Shown here in pieces: positions 10,185-19,819 of a DNA stretch of 60,067 nt. Source of the stretch: a virus (taxonomy: Duplodnaviria; Caudoviricetes); IMG/VR virus record IMGVR_UViG_3300025894_001094, positions 1 through 60,067 of that record, one strand, 5' to 3'. The notes beneath the pieces were generated by a model. That model saw only the letters and a program-made list of their open reading frames with translations. It was not told where the DNA came from and did no database searches. Each line of letters begins with the position of its first letter. Positions within the stretch are counted from its first letter, which is position 1. Both the position numbers and the translations under genes were made by a program.

Positions 10185-11955
10185 GCGTTGTTGTTTCAAT
10201 AGCATCAACAGTAATTGCTGTTAAATCTTTACCTAATTTGTTTTCACGAATCGTCGAAACAAATCCCTGATTAGAAGGAACAGCAGAAATTTTTATTTCA
10301 ATTGCGTTTGCACCGGAAGGTTTAAATCCGGAGAGGTTGACTACTCCTGTTGCTGGATTATAATTTCCGATGTTATCAACTATAACTCTACCGCTAGTAG
10401 TAGAAATAACTTGCAAAATTTCAGAACCGAGTTTGTTTCTGACAACACAAGATAGTCCGGGTGGATAGTTAAATTCTGTTGACTGAACAATATAAACAAC
10501 AGAAGAAGGAGATTCAAGTACAGTAGGAAAGACTATCTGATATGCTTTTTCTTCGCCTAGACTAGGATTGAATCTTCGCTGAACTTTAATGGTTGCCTGA
10601 CTTGAAAGGACACCAGGATCTGCGGCATCTATTAAAGTCAATAAATTTGAACGTCTAAATGTTTCACTAAATTCATCAGTAACCGTATCGAGATAAGAAC
10701 CGACTACTCCTTCAATAGCAGATTCTATCGCGGGTATGGTAGAATAAGAAGACAACGTTTGGTTATATTGAAACGAAACAGCAACCTCAATAAATGTTAC
10801 AACTGGTTCGACAAAATCAACATCAAACGATGCAACTGAAAGGTTTTTGACTAGACTCCGAATAGATGCTTTGAAAGATTCATCAGGTGATGGTGTTATA
10901 GAAACATATACTGTTCCAAACTTAGGTGGCAAATTTTCTTCACCGCCCCAAGCAAGGATATCATTAATTTTGTTAGAAAAATTTCTTCTTATGAGCGCGG
11001 CATAATCGTCTGATGTGACCATTCTATTTTGCGAGGCATAAAGAAAGGGTGCTGATTTACGAATAGATTCTATGCTTTCTTTATTAGCACCATTAGATGA
11101 ATTAGAAATTGTAATAGGTATAATAGAAATATTTGCCCCTGCTCCATTGGGTATTGTAGCAGTTGTGGTAAATGTTCTAGCACCGTTAGCATCTTTTCCA
11201 GCAGTAGAATTATAGGTAACTACAATTTTATCACCGGCAAGAGGAATCTCCCCTAATCCTGCTCCATTACCGAAAGCAAGTTCATAGTATCCGTTAGGAG
11301 TTTCTTTGATAACATAAATTCTAGATGATTCGTTAATTTCAGATACAGTACTCACATTATAAAATGCTTTATTCGTTGCACCAACACCAACAGTAACCGT
11401 GCTAATATCCATGTCCTGATTAGGAATAACATAGGTATCGGTTTCGCTGTAAGGACCAGCAATAAACGTTTTTTGTTTTTCTGTTCCTTCTCGAACAATT
11501 ACATTTTCCCATGTGTACGAATATGGATCAGATCCTTTTTTGAATGCTGTATATTCTTCTGTTGTTTCAAAGGTGTATGTAATATCTTCGACAGTAGTTG
11601 TGAATTTAGTACCAGAAGGCAATGCAAGAATATTGGAAGATGCAGCAGATCCCTGTGCAGTAACATTGATTAAAGCAGTCGAAGACACTTTCGAATTAGG
11701 AATGTAACCGATAGCAGTTGAAAGACCAATTACCGATGAACGCAACTGAGCAGTACTGAGAAAGGATTCGTTAAGAGCAAAGTTAGCAGTGAGAGCATTG
11801 TAATGCGTGTTATACGCAAGAACATCCAAAAGATTAGACAACCCTGATGCTTCAAAATTGTAATCAGCAAAATCTGGTTTTTGTTCTAACCATGTTTTTA
11901 GATTATTACGAATTGCGTCAAAATCTAAACCTGTGCTGTTAATAGTAGTTGCCAT
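10180..11955 (-). CDS. gp6: Baseplate wedge subunit gp6
   Basis: LDFDAIRNNLK, DYNFEASGLSNLLDVLAYNTHYNA, NESFLSTAQLRSSV, QNRMVTSDDY, WGGEEN.PPKFG. Confidence 0.95.
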   Translation of the reverse strand: MATTINSTGLDFDAIRNNLKTWLEQKPDFADYNFEASGLSNLLDVLAYNTHYNALTANFALNESFLSTAQLRSSVIGLSTAIGYIPNSKVSSTALINVTAQGSAASSNILALPSGTKFTTTVEDITYTFETTEEYTAFKKGSDPYSYTWENVIVREGTEKQKTFIAGPYSETDTYVIPNQDMDISTVTVGVGATNKAFYNVSTVSEINESSRIYVIKETPNGYYELAFGNGAGLGEIPLAGDKIVVTYNSTAGKDANGARTFTTTATIPNGAGANISIIPITISNSSNGANKESIESIRKSAPFLYASQNRMVTSDDYAALIRRNFSNKINDILAWGGEENLPPKFGTVYVSITPSPDESFKASIRSLVKNLSVASFDVDFVEPVVTFIEVAVSFQYNQTLSSYSTIPAIESAIEGVVGSYLDTVTDEFSETFRRSNLLTLIDAADPGVLSSQATIKVQRRFNPSLGEEKAYQIVFPTVLESPSSVVYIVQSTEFNYPPGLSCVVRNKLGSEILQVISTTSGRVIVDNIGNYNPATGVVNLSGFKPSGANAIEIKISAVPSNQGFVSTIRENKLGKDLTAITVDAIETTTL

Positions 11956-12399
11956 TTATCTTAACCTCGAAACTCCAGTTTCTAATGTGACGTTTTCATC
12001 TGTGTTCACGACCCTAAATTCTAATCTGACTTTTAGTTCGTTATTATCAGGATTTACAATTAATTCCAAATCGTTAATTTCTACTCTGGGTTCATACCGA
12101 GCAATTGCTCCTTGAACCTGTTCAATAAGGTCTTGCTCAACACCATCGTCTGCTAATTCGAATAACAAACCTCTTAGGTCTGCACCGAAATCAGGTCGAA
12201 AAGGTTTTTCAAACCTATTACATTGAAGAAGATTTCTAACTGCTTGTTTCACTGCTGCCGCATCTTTCTTCTTAAATATATCACCCGTGCTAGTATTAAC
12301 AGCAAAACTTAAATCAATATCCGAGTAAAGACGATCACGACTCGTATTGAGTGATGCACCCTGTAAATCGCCGTCTTCTGTTGAAAGTATCTTTGCCAT
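11956..12399 (-). CDS. gp25: Baseplate wedge subunit gp25
   Basis: YSDIDLSF, AVKQAVRNLL, EKPFRPDFG, YEPRV. Confidence 0.95.
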   Translation of the reverse strand: MAKILSTEDGDLQGASLNTSRDRLYSDIDLSFAVNTSTGDIFKKKDAAAVKQAVRNLLQCNRFEKPFRPDFGADLRGLLFELADDGVEQDLIEQVQGAIARYEPRVEINDLELIVNPDNNELKVRLEFRVVNTDENVTLETGVSRLR

Positions 12400-12405
12400 G
12401 CAATT

Positions 12406-12413
12406 TATTTATA
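12406..12413 (-). promoter_or_regulatory. T4-type late promoter TATAAATA upstream of gp25
   Basis: Exact consensus overlapping the upstream stop; very close to the ATG, so leader would be very short. Confidence 0.55.
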
Positions 12414-12996
12414 ATAGAAGTTCGACCAACTCGTTTGATGATTGCAGATTAGTATTAAAAGTTGTCTCTATTCTTCTTAAAAACTGGATATCAAAGGATT
12501 CTGGGACAGTTGGCATCACAACAACGATTTGACATGATGGTATACCAGAAGGATCGTATGTATCGTAATCCAATATAAGTTTATCGTAGTCACAGTAATC
12601 TTTCCAATATACTGCCAAATCATAAGTCTTCGAATAATCTACCTCGCCTTTTGTGTTGATTACTTTATATACAATTGCTTTTCCTGTTTGCCTATAATCA
12701 TTTATTCCATCAGGAGTAACCGATTCATTTATAGCAGGGACATATATTCCTTCTGAAACAATAATTCTAAAATCATCAAAATCTGAGTTAGCAGTAGTCT
12801 TTTTTAATAATTCTGCATGGAGATACAGATTACGTGCAATTTGTTTTTTATCTGCTGATACTCTTTCAAATTGGTTTCTGCTACCTCTAGCACCAAGAAA
12901 TTTAGCAACAGAAATCCCCTGAGCAAGAACTGTTTTATTAGTAATATCGCTTGCAAAATTAGGATTGTAAGATGGGTCTACAAGATATATACTCAT
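12409..12996 (-). CDS. Hypothetical baseplate-region protein (195 aa)
   Basis: ORF coupled between the gp5-like gene and gp25. Confidence 0.7.
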   Translation of the reverse strand: MSIYLVDPSYNPNFASDITNKTVLAQGISVAKFLGARGSRNQFERVSADKKQIARNLYLHAELLKKTTANSDFDDFRIIVSEGIYVPAINESVTPDGINDYRQTGKAIVYKVINTKGEVDYSKTYDLAVYWKDYCDYDKLILDYDTYDPSGIPSCQIVVVMPTVPESFDIQFLRRIETTFNTNLQSSNELVELLL

Positions 12997-14474
12997 ATGA
13001 AAAACCTTTTACTCTTCAAATCGGCAGGGTTATTACCTAATGATTTGATCCCGAATTTTTTACTTTTCTTTCTACTAGAAGTTCTGCCGATTTCGCCATC
13101 CGTTGCTTTTGCGTAATCAGATGACAACAACCCAGCAGCAACTAAATTGCCAGTAAATTTATTGTTATTATAATTTGCTTCGTCTCTTAGTTTAGATCGT
13201 ATTTCTTCTATGGTAGGATCGCGATCAAACAAATTATCGTAGTCATCAGTCTTTAATATTTTTGCTACCAATGAATTGGGATCATCAACATCAGTATCTA
13301 TCACAACCTTTCGAATACCAAAATTACTTACTGCTAAGTGAGGAACGATAAGTTCACTCGTCGGTTCTGGAGCATCCGGAGGTGTTTCGATGAACGGGAA
13401 AATGGTTTCGTATTTAATCGGGTCTTTTGCAAAAGGCGAAGGACCTGTTTCTGCGTTTGCTTTCTGTGCTTGTCCTGCTTCATCTGCCCATTTAGCATGA
13501 TGAGATGTTCCTGCTTTATTAGCAAAATCAGAGGTGATTGCCTCTGCCGCTCTACCAACCAGAGTTCCGTAAAAGGATGTACCACCGTTTCCTGCACCAT
13601 CGGGGGGACCCGAATATGCTTTGCCGTAGTGATCAACCAATGTCCCTCCGATAGTTCCCTTGGTACCAAGGACTGATATAATTAACCCTGTAATATTGGT
13701 TACCTTCGAAGATGCTGCCCATTCTGTTTCCGCAGTAGTGACAAGGGATTTTCCAGAAGTGATTTCCACGTCTCCTTGTGTCCAACTTCTTAGATTTCCT
13801 TTCGAAAATTGATCGGTGTTACCCAAAACAATTGCGCTTGAATTTTTAACAACTTTGGTACTCTTCGAACCTTTAATTACTTTGTTCTCATTCTTATCAA
13901 CTTCTTTGATGTAACTTCCATGTACTGCAATATCTTTATTTCCAGCAACATCTAAACTATAATTACCATCAACCGTTACATTATAGTCACCGGTAACACG
14001 AACGTTTAGATTTCCTTTGTATACAAGATTACCTTCGCCTTCTACGATTACAGTATGATCGCCACCAGTAACTTCAACTTTTTTATTAACTGCTGAAAAT
14101 AATATTGAACCGTCAGCACGTAATTCTAATCCAGAACCAGAACGATGTTTCATAATCATTCTTTCACCACCGGGTGTATCGTCTATCTCCCAAGAATGAC
14201 CAGACAAAGTTTGTTCTACTTGGTTGTATGGATACTGTGAAGGTTTCTGGTCTGGAAGATCAATAGACACTCCAATATCGCCACCACTATTATATAATTT
14301 AGAAGTAGTCTCGCCTTTGGCAGATTTATTAGTTGAAGATCCAAAAAAATAATCTTGTTTAGGATACTCTCCGCTCGCGTCACTAAAACCGGTTCTTGAT
14401 ATCCCTTGTGTTTCTTCGGTTCCTTCTCCGATGACCTTGATACGTTTTGTTATGTTATCTTTTTTGGTTGTCAT
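12993..14474 (-). CDS. gp5: gp5-like baseplate spike, C-terminal part (beta-helix repeats)
   Basis: SQYPYNQVEQTLSGHSWEIDDTPGGER...HRSGS, then VxG-type repeats (VTGDYNVTVDGNYSLDVAGN). Confidence 0.85.
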   Translation of the reverse strand: MTTKKDNITKRIKVIGEGTEETQGISRTGFSDASGEYPKQDYFFGSSTNKSAKGETTSKLYNSGGDIGVSIDLPDQKPSQYPYNQVEQTLSGHSWEIDDTPGGERMIMKHRSGSGLELRADGSILFSAVNKKVEVTGGDHTVIVEGEGNLVYKGNLNVRVTGDYNVTVDGNYSLDVAGNKDIAVHGSYIKEVDKNENKVIKGSKSTKVVKNSSAIVLGNTDQFSKGNLRSWTQGDVEITSGKSLVTTAETEWAASSKVTNITGLIISVLGTKGTIGGTLVDHYGKAYSGPPDGAGNGGTSFYGTLVGRAAEAITSDFANKAGTSHHAKWADEAGQAQKANAETGPSPFAKDPIKYETIFPFIETPPDAPEPTSELIVPHLAVSNFGIRKVVIDTDVDDPNSLVAKILKTDDYDNLFDRDPTIEEIRSKLRDEANYNNNKFTGNLVAAGLLSSDYAKATDGEIGRTSSRKKSKKFGIKSLGNNPADLKSKRFFI

Positions 14475-16375
14475 TTTGGCAACTCTGCTGTTATTAATTC
14501 ACTGGGAGTAAAAGGTCCACGAGATGACGGATCATCAAAGAGACTTTTCTTATTGAATAGATCCTCTACATAATCTCTTACATCGAATCCCGGATCTTGC
14601 TCTTCTGGATCTATATCGTTATGACCCAGTATTTGACCACCAGGAAAACGATTATAAAATGCCTGACAAAATTCTCGAAAGGTATTCATCTGAGATAAGG
14701 TTATTGATGTTGCGCTTCTGTACGAAGTGGGAAACTCTGTTCCAGAAGGCGCATTTATTCCGCCTACAAAAACAATTCCTATACTGTACTCATCATGTCC
14801 GTTTATTTCCGAATGTTCACCCTTAATGTTAACTGATCTTCCTCTTTGTAAACTTCCATCTCTACGTATCACATAGTGGTATCCAATACCTCTTCCTATG
14901 CCCAATTTAATATGAGTCTTATTTATTTCTTCTGAACCGATGTTTTTATTAGAGTAAGTATCTGACCAATGTACAACAAGTTCAGTAACCTCTCTATTAA
15001 CCTTTTTAAATTCTGCTTCTAATTCTTCAACAGAAGACACATAAGTGTATACCGCTGTTGATGGGTCTGCGGTATTGTCAGTTGATGATGATTGCATATC
15101 AAAAGGATCCGCAAAAGCAGACTCTTCATTTTCTACCAAAACTGTTCCTGCAATAGTCGTATCAAGGTCGTCTAAACTAGCATTAATTTCATCAACGCTT
15201 TTACCTGATGCTTTGGCAATTTCATCGACTGCTTGGTCTCTTTCTTCTTTTGTTCCCTGAGTCAATCTTAGTATTTCGTCTCGTTTCTCAGCAGACAATG
15301 TCGGAGCAAGTTCTTGAATTCTGTTGTTTCCTGCGTTTGACATTCTTTCAACTGCACCTTGAAGAACGCCAGTAGAAGATCCCCCTAGAAGAGATTTCAC
15401 GCTAAGTCCGTAACCGAGTTTTCCTTGTGTGAGTTCACCAAGTTTTTTATCTACACCGCCGAGAACAGCATCTTTTACAATGCTTCCCAGTTTACCTGTT
15501 TGTTCAGAAAAATCATTTCCTAATTTATCAGTATCGATACCGATACCTTTTGTTATTTTATTTTCTACGCTAGTAACAGCACTTGATACGGAACCTTTGA
15601 GATCATCACCTAAACCCTGCAACTTGGTTTGTGCATCTGATATTCCGCCCAGATCACCTGCTAAATTCTTACCAACATCACCCGGCGTTGCTGCTGGGTT
15701 AACTGGAAGCGTCCCACCGACAACATCTCCAACAGCACCTTCAATTTCTGCCGCAGCAGTATCAGCAATAGCATTTGCTTCAGCAGTAAGTTCATTTAAT
15801 TTATCTACTGATGGAAATGCTCCTACACCATCTTTTATTTTTTCTAAAAGACTGGGTTGACCTTTTGGCATTACGTTGCCAGATATTTTTTGTACATATC
15901 CGCTAAAAACATTTAACCCAGAAATTTTAGAAAGAGTGGCATTGATAGACGAATCGATTAATGCAGCAGGGTTTGCGGATGATTGTTCTAATCGAACATT
16001 GCCATCAGAATCAGGTTCGCTCCACGATAAACTTAATTTTATACCCTGTGCTTTTGCTTTGTCTATTTTTTCTTCCCCTGCTAAATTAACAGCATCAGTT
16101 AAAGCAGTTAATGAGTCAGTGACCACACCTTCAACGGCACCACCACCAGTTAACTTTCCAGTGACATCAGTAGAAAGAGAACTAATACTTTCTATGCCGC
16201 CATTAATTTGTCCAGCAACTTGTCCGACTTTTGTTTCGGTAGCATCAGAGAACGCAGTTTTTAGATCGTTTGCTTTGTCAGTAATTTCTGATTTATAAGC
16301 GGCACCACTAGCAGCAACGTTGTTTTTTAAGTTAGACTTAATTGCTTTTTTAGAAAGAGTTTTTTCAACTGTCAT
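14471..16375 (-). CDS. Virion-associated N-acetylmuramoyl-L-alanine amidase (T7 lysozyme/Amidase_2-like C-terminal domain) with long low-complexity N-terminus
   Basis: LVVHWSDT, GIGYHYVIRRDGSLQRGR, SIGIVFVGG, ILGHND, DPGFDV. Confidence 0.85.
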   Translation of the reverse strand: MTVEKTLSKKAIKSNLKNNVAASGAAYKSEITDKANDLKTAFSDATETKVGQVAGQINGGIESISSLSTDVTGKLTGGGAVEGVVTDSLTALTDAVNLAGEEKIDKAKAQGIKLSLSWSEPDSDGNVRLEQSSANPAALIDSSINATLSKISGLNVFSGYVQKISGNVMPKGQPSLLEKIKDGVGAFPSVDKLNELTAEANAIADTAAAEIEGAVGDVVGGTLPVNPAATPGDVGKNLAGDLGGISDAQTKLQGLGDDLKGSVSSAVTSVENKITKGIGIDTDKLGNDFSEQTGKLGSIVKDAVLGGVDKKLGELTQGKLGYGLSVKSLLGGSSTGVLQGAVERMSNAGNNRIQELAPTLSAEKRDEILRLTQGTKEERDQAVDEIAKASGKSVDEINASLDDLDTTIAGTVLVENEESAFADPFDMQSSSTDNTADPSTAVYTYVSSVEELEAEFKKVNREVTELVVHWSDTYSNKNIGSEEINKTHIKLGIGRGIGYHYVIRRDGSLQRGRSVNIKGEHSEINGHDEYSIGIVFVGGINAPSGTEFPTSYRSATSITLSQMNTFREFCQAFYNRFPGGQILGHNDIDPEEQDPGFDVRDYVEDLFNKKSLFDDPSSRGPFTPSELITAELPK

Positions 16376-17238
16376 GATGTAACCTCTTCGAATGCTGCTT
16401 CACATTTTTCTAGCGGATTGTTTAGACTTTTTTTAATATAGTATTTAGTGATAGCATCGCATGCGTCTTTTATGTTCTTGCTCTGTTTAAGTTTTTTATT
16501 AGCAAGTCCTTGGGAAGTTCTAAGTTCATAAACCACGAATTGTAATTGTGTTGAATATGTTTTAAAAGTATTCTTTGGATCAAAGAGCGAACCGAATTGT
16601 ATTAATTTTTGATATCTGTTACCTCTTTTAGTGTCCCACTTACCTATCCCCTCTTCATCGCTATCATCATCAGAAGCATATGTTTCAAAATTAGATGCTG
16701 TTTCTAAGTTTCCGGTAATAGCAGCACTCTCCATTGGAGTAAACCCATTGTCGATAAAAAATTTCAATGCTTGACTTCTTCTTCTTGCTACACTTCTTCC
16801 TGTTCGAGAGTCATCATCATCTATTTTAATGTTGACAACATTCTGTTGTTTTTCTTGTTCAGTATTAAAAGAGAATTCTTTTTGTCCGTCTCTTCTTTGC
16901 ACTTCGGTAGGTAATTCAATCCGAGGAAAACTTCCGACTATTAGTGGTAGTTGAGATGATTTACCGTCTAAAAACATGCCGAACACAAAAGCACCCGCTG
17001 TCAACTGTGGTATTCTTCCTAAACCAGATATACCACCTTCGGTGTTGGGTATCAAAACTTGTGCCCACGGAAGATCGCTTTCGCTAATATCACCCGTATA
17101 CTGGTTGTGTACACCATATATCCGAACACGAACTCTACCTTCAAAACCAGGTGGTGGAGTAGCGTTCACTACGGTAGCAACGAACCAACGAATATCATCA
17201 CCGTAATATTCTCTCGGTAAAGAGTTAGGAAAAATCAC
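16372..17238 (-). CDS. gp5: gp5 N-terminal OB-fold fused to a phage tail lysozyme-like domain
   Basis: GRVRVRIYGVH, LPWAQV, VFGMFLDG..SQLPLIVGS; C-terminal AAITGNLETAS, GIGKW, QLQFVVYEL. Confidence 0.8.
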   Translation of the reverse strand: MIFPNSLPREYYGDDIRWFVATVVNATPPPGFEGRVRVRIYGVHNQYTGDISESDLPWAQVLIPNTEGGISGLGRIPQLTAGAFVFGMFLDGKSSQLPLIVGSFPRIELPTEVQRRDGQKEFSFNTEQEKQQNVVNIKIDDDDSRTGRSVARRRSQALKFFIDNGFTPMESAAITGNLETASNFETYASDDDSDEEGIGKWDTKRGNRYQKLIQFGSLFDPKNTFKTYSTQLQFVVYELRTSQGLANKKLKQSKNIKDACDAITKYYIKKSLNNPLEKCEAAFEEVTS

Positions 17239-18560
17239 GAGATTGCCTCTGGTAGTCTGTTGAGTTTAGTCATCTCGCACGTTATGAGATGCTTGGTTTC
17301 TCGGAAAACGTGTTTAGTTCTATAAACAAGATAATCACCTGTCCAACGATTGTCGTAAATTTTTTCTGTGCCTTCTTCTGACGATAAAACATTTAAACGG
17401 CATCTGTCTCCCACTGTTGCTTTTGATATGAGAAAGGCAATCCCAGGAACAACAATGGTAATCATGTTACTCAATAATGCTTGACGTATTATATTGTTCT
17501 TAATTTTAAGCGAAAAGTCAGCATTAGATATGTCATCGTGGTATGTTCTATAATCCGGATACATATTTGACGAAGTAACCTGATGCCAATAGATTGAGTT
17601 GAAGTCTTCTATTGCACGATCTTGGATCTGTTGGTTTTCATCATAAACATCTTGTACAGCAGAAGGGTCTAAGATTTCGTTTGCTTGCATATTTTCCAAT
17701 ACATTTTTAATAGTAATTTTAGATCTGTAAGAGATACCAGTTGCAACATCGGTATTGGTATAGAAACTACCATAAACACCTTCTTCTACTTGCGTAAGAC
17801 TGTCTACTGGGGAACCGAAATCTATATGAGACACAGTAGTAGAAGCACTGGCAGGATCTAAACTAGTTGACGCATTAGTTGCTGCTTGTGAGAATGTGTA
17901 TGGAATCTTTTTATTAAATGCTTCTTGAACTAACATTGCATCTAAATCACCTAACCGTAAATTATTATCATGTATAGAAGAATATAAAAAGAAAGGGGAT
18001 CCAAACTGAGTAGTTGTTCTATCAACTAAAACCTCACATGCTTCGAGGGGTGTTAAATACGGTACAATGTACTTTCTTTCACCTTGGGCACTAATACTGT
18101 TTGTTAAATAAGAGAGGTCAACTGTTTTATTCAATTCACTATTTAAAATCTGTGTAATAGTTCTTTCAAGTGATCCTGTATATGCTCTGCTAAAAGGTTT
18201 TAATGCGCTAACGTATGCATGAGGTTCTATCATCTCAAAATTGTAAGTCGATGAAGTATCATTCACTTTAACAGTTTTAGTTAATGCATATAATAAAAAT
18301 GTTTTATCAATAATAGATTCGGAATTTTCTTCTGCTCCTGAAATTCGGAGAGTTAAATATTCAGTTCCTTTGAATGATATTTTACTAAAAATTCCTGTAT
18401 CATCTGTTATAATGACAGAACCCGTTAACCACGCAGACTCTAAATCTTCATAGATGATTATTTCGAAGATATTACCACTAACTTCAATTTCCTTTTCTAG
18501 AAATCTGTCAGCAGTAATAAAAGCTTCAACAATTTTATATTGTTGGTCTTGTCCCGCCAT
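17235..18560 (-). CDS. Probable baseplate hub protein (gp27-like)
   Basis: Position between gp53 and gp5; IYEDLESAWLTGSVIITD, SPFFLYS, WTGDYLVYRTKHVF. Confidence 0.55.
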   Translation of the reverse strand: MAGQDQQYKIVEAFITADRFLEKEIEVSGNIFEIIIYEDLESAWLTGSVIITDDTGIFSKISFKGTEYLTLRISGAEENSESIIDKTFLLYALTKTVKVNDTSSTYNFEMIEPHAYVSALKPFSRAYTGSLERTITQILNSELNKTVDLSYLTNSISAQGERKYIVPYLTPLEACEVLVDRTTTQFGSPFFLYSSIHDNNLRLGDLDAMLVQEAFNKKIPYTFSQAATNASTSLDPASASTTVSHIDFGSPVDSLTQVEEGVYGSFYTNTDVATGISYRSKITIKNVLENMQANEILDPSAVQDVYDENQQIQDRAIEDFNSIYWHQVTSSNMYPDYRTYHDDISNADFSLKIKNNIIRQALLSNMITIVVPGIAFLISKATVGDRCRLNVLSSEEGTEKIYDNRWTGDYLVYRTKHVFRETKHLITCEMTKLNRLPEAIS

Positions 18561-18562
18561 AA

Positions 18563-19819
18563 TTAACCTTTAACCAGTCGCTGGAACTCAGAAGTAATCC
18601 TTGAAATCAAACCGGGTCTAATTACTCTAATTCTAGCAGCATCCTCATTGGATTTTTTGAGGTATTCATAATTTGTAACTACCGCACTTAATCCGGGAAC
18701 ACCAATATCAATATTACCACCATCTGGATAAGGTCCAGGAGAAATGTCCACTCCATCTACAATGTCGGTTGGGTAATCTGGATCTAACCATTCACCAGTG
18801 CTACTTTCATAATGGTGAAGAGCATTAGGTTCTATTACTAACCCTGTTGCGGTAACCGTGCTGACTTCGTCTTGTGTTTTGAATTCTGTAATATCAGGAA
18901 CTAACAAATGAAACTCTTTTCCGTTTCGAACTTCATCTTTAACAATCACTTGCCCATAATCGTGGTTTCTATAAACATCTAGACCACCCCAGATATTAAC
19001 GGTTTCATTAATAAAAGGTTGACTTGCCGGTTTATCGATAGTAATAACGGTTGGGGTTAGATTAGTTATCTTACTTCCTGATTGGATACCGGTTCCTGTT
19101 ACATAGTCACCTATTCTTGCATCTATTGTAGAATAATCGTTGACATACAAATCTTTTGCGGCACCACCCCAAAAGGTAAATGTGGTTGGTTGAGTGCCAT
19201 CAACAATTTCATAGTCATCTTCTGTAACGTTAGACAAAGTGATAATGTTATTGATTCGATCGATAGCAGTAACGGTAGTCCCTACTGGTATAAACAACCC
19301 CGAGATATTCATACCTTCAACGATTCCAGTTGTAGTCGTAATAGGTATTTGATTATCAGGCAGAGGATCGTCTCCACTAGTTCCTATTGCTACCGTTGAA
19401 GTAAACGTACTAGCTTCCGTTCCTGAATTTGTTGTCGAACCCAAAGAATATTTCCATTTACTGTTCTCAGTGAACAAGTTGAAATCTGCAACAGTTACCG
19501 GATAGAAAATAGCACCATCATATCGTTTGACAGCAAAACTTTCGAATCTATTTTGATCTAATGGCCATCCGGTTTCTCTTAAAATAGGGTTCATCAAAAA
19601 GAAGGTCCAATAATTATCGGTGGTCCCATAGATCTTCTCTGATAATGTATCCGGACGCTCTCCGTCTTTTATATAATAATAATCATAGAATGATACGAGA
19701 TCATCGATCTGATCTAAAAGATCTACGTAAATAGAAAGATCTTCAATAAAGACTCTTGTTGACTCGTCTTCATTACCAAATCGATACTCAACTAATGAGA
19801 AGTTTTTAAAATAAGACAT
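18563..19819 (-). CDS. gp53: Baseplate wedge gp53 with internal insertion
   Basis: MSYFKNF, YYIKDGERPDTLSEKIYGTTDNYWTFFLMN, WPL; C-terminal VTNYEYL..NE..RIRVIRP. Confidence 0.9.
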   Translation of the reverse strand: MSYFKNFSLVEYRFGNEDESTRVFIEDLSIYVDLLDQIDDLVSFYDYYYIKDGERPDTLSEKIYGTTDNYWTFFLMNPILRETGWPLDQNRFESFAVKRYDGAIFYPVTVADFNLFTENSKWKYSLGSTTNSGTEASTFTSTVAIGTSGDDPLPDNQIPITTTTGIVEGMNISGLFIPVGTTVTAIDRINNIITLSNVTEDDYEIVDGTQPTTFTFWGGAAKDLYVNDYSTIDARIGDYVTGTGIQSGSKITNLTPTVITIDKPASQPFINETVNIWGGLDVYRNHDYGQVIVKDEVRNGKEFHLLVPDITEFKTQDEVSTVTATGLVIEPNALHHYESSTGEWLDPDYPTDIVDGVDISPGPYPDGGNIDIGVPGLSAVVTNYEYLKKSNEDAARIRVIRPGLISRITSEFQRLVKG

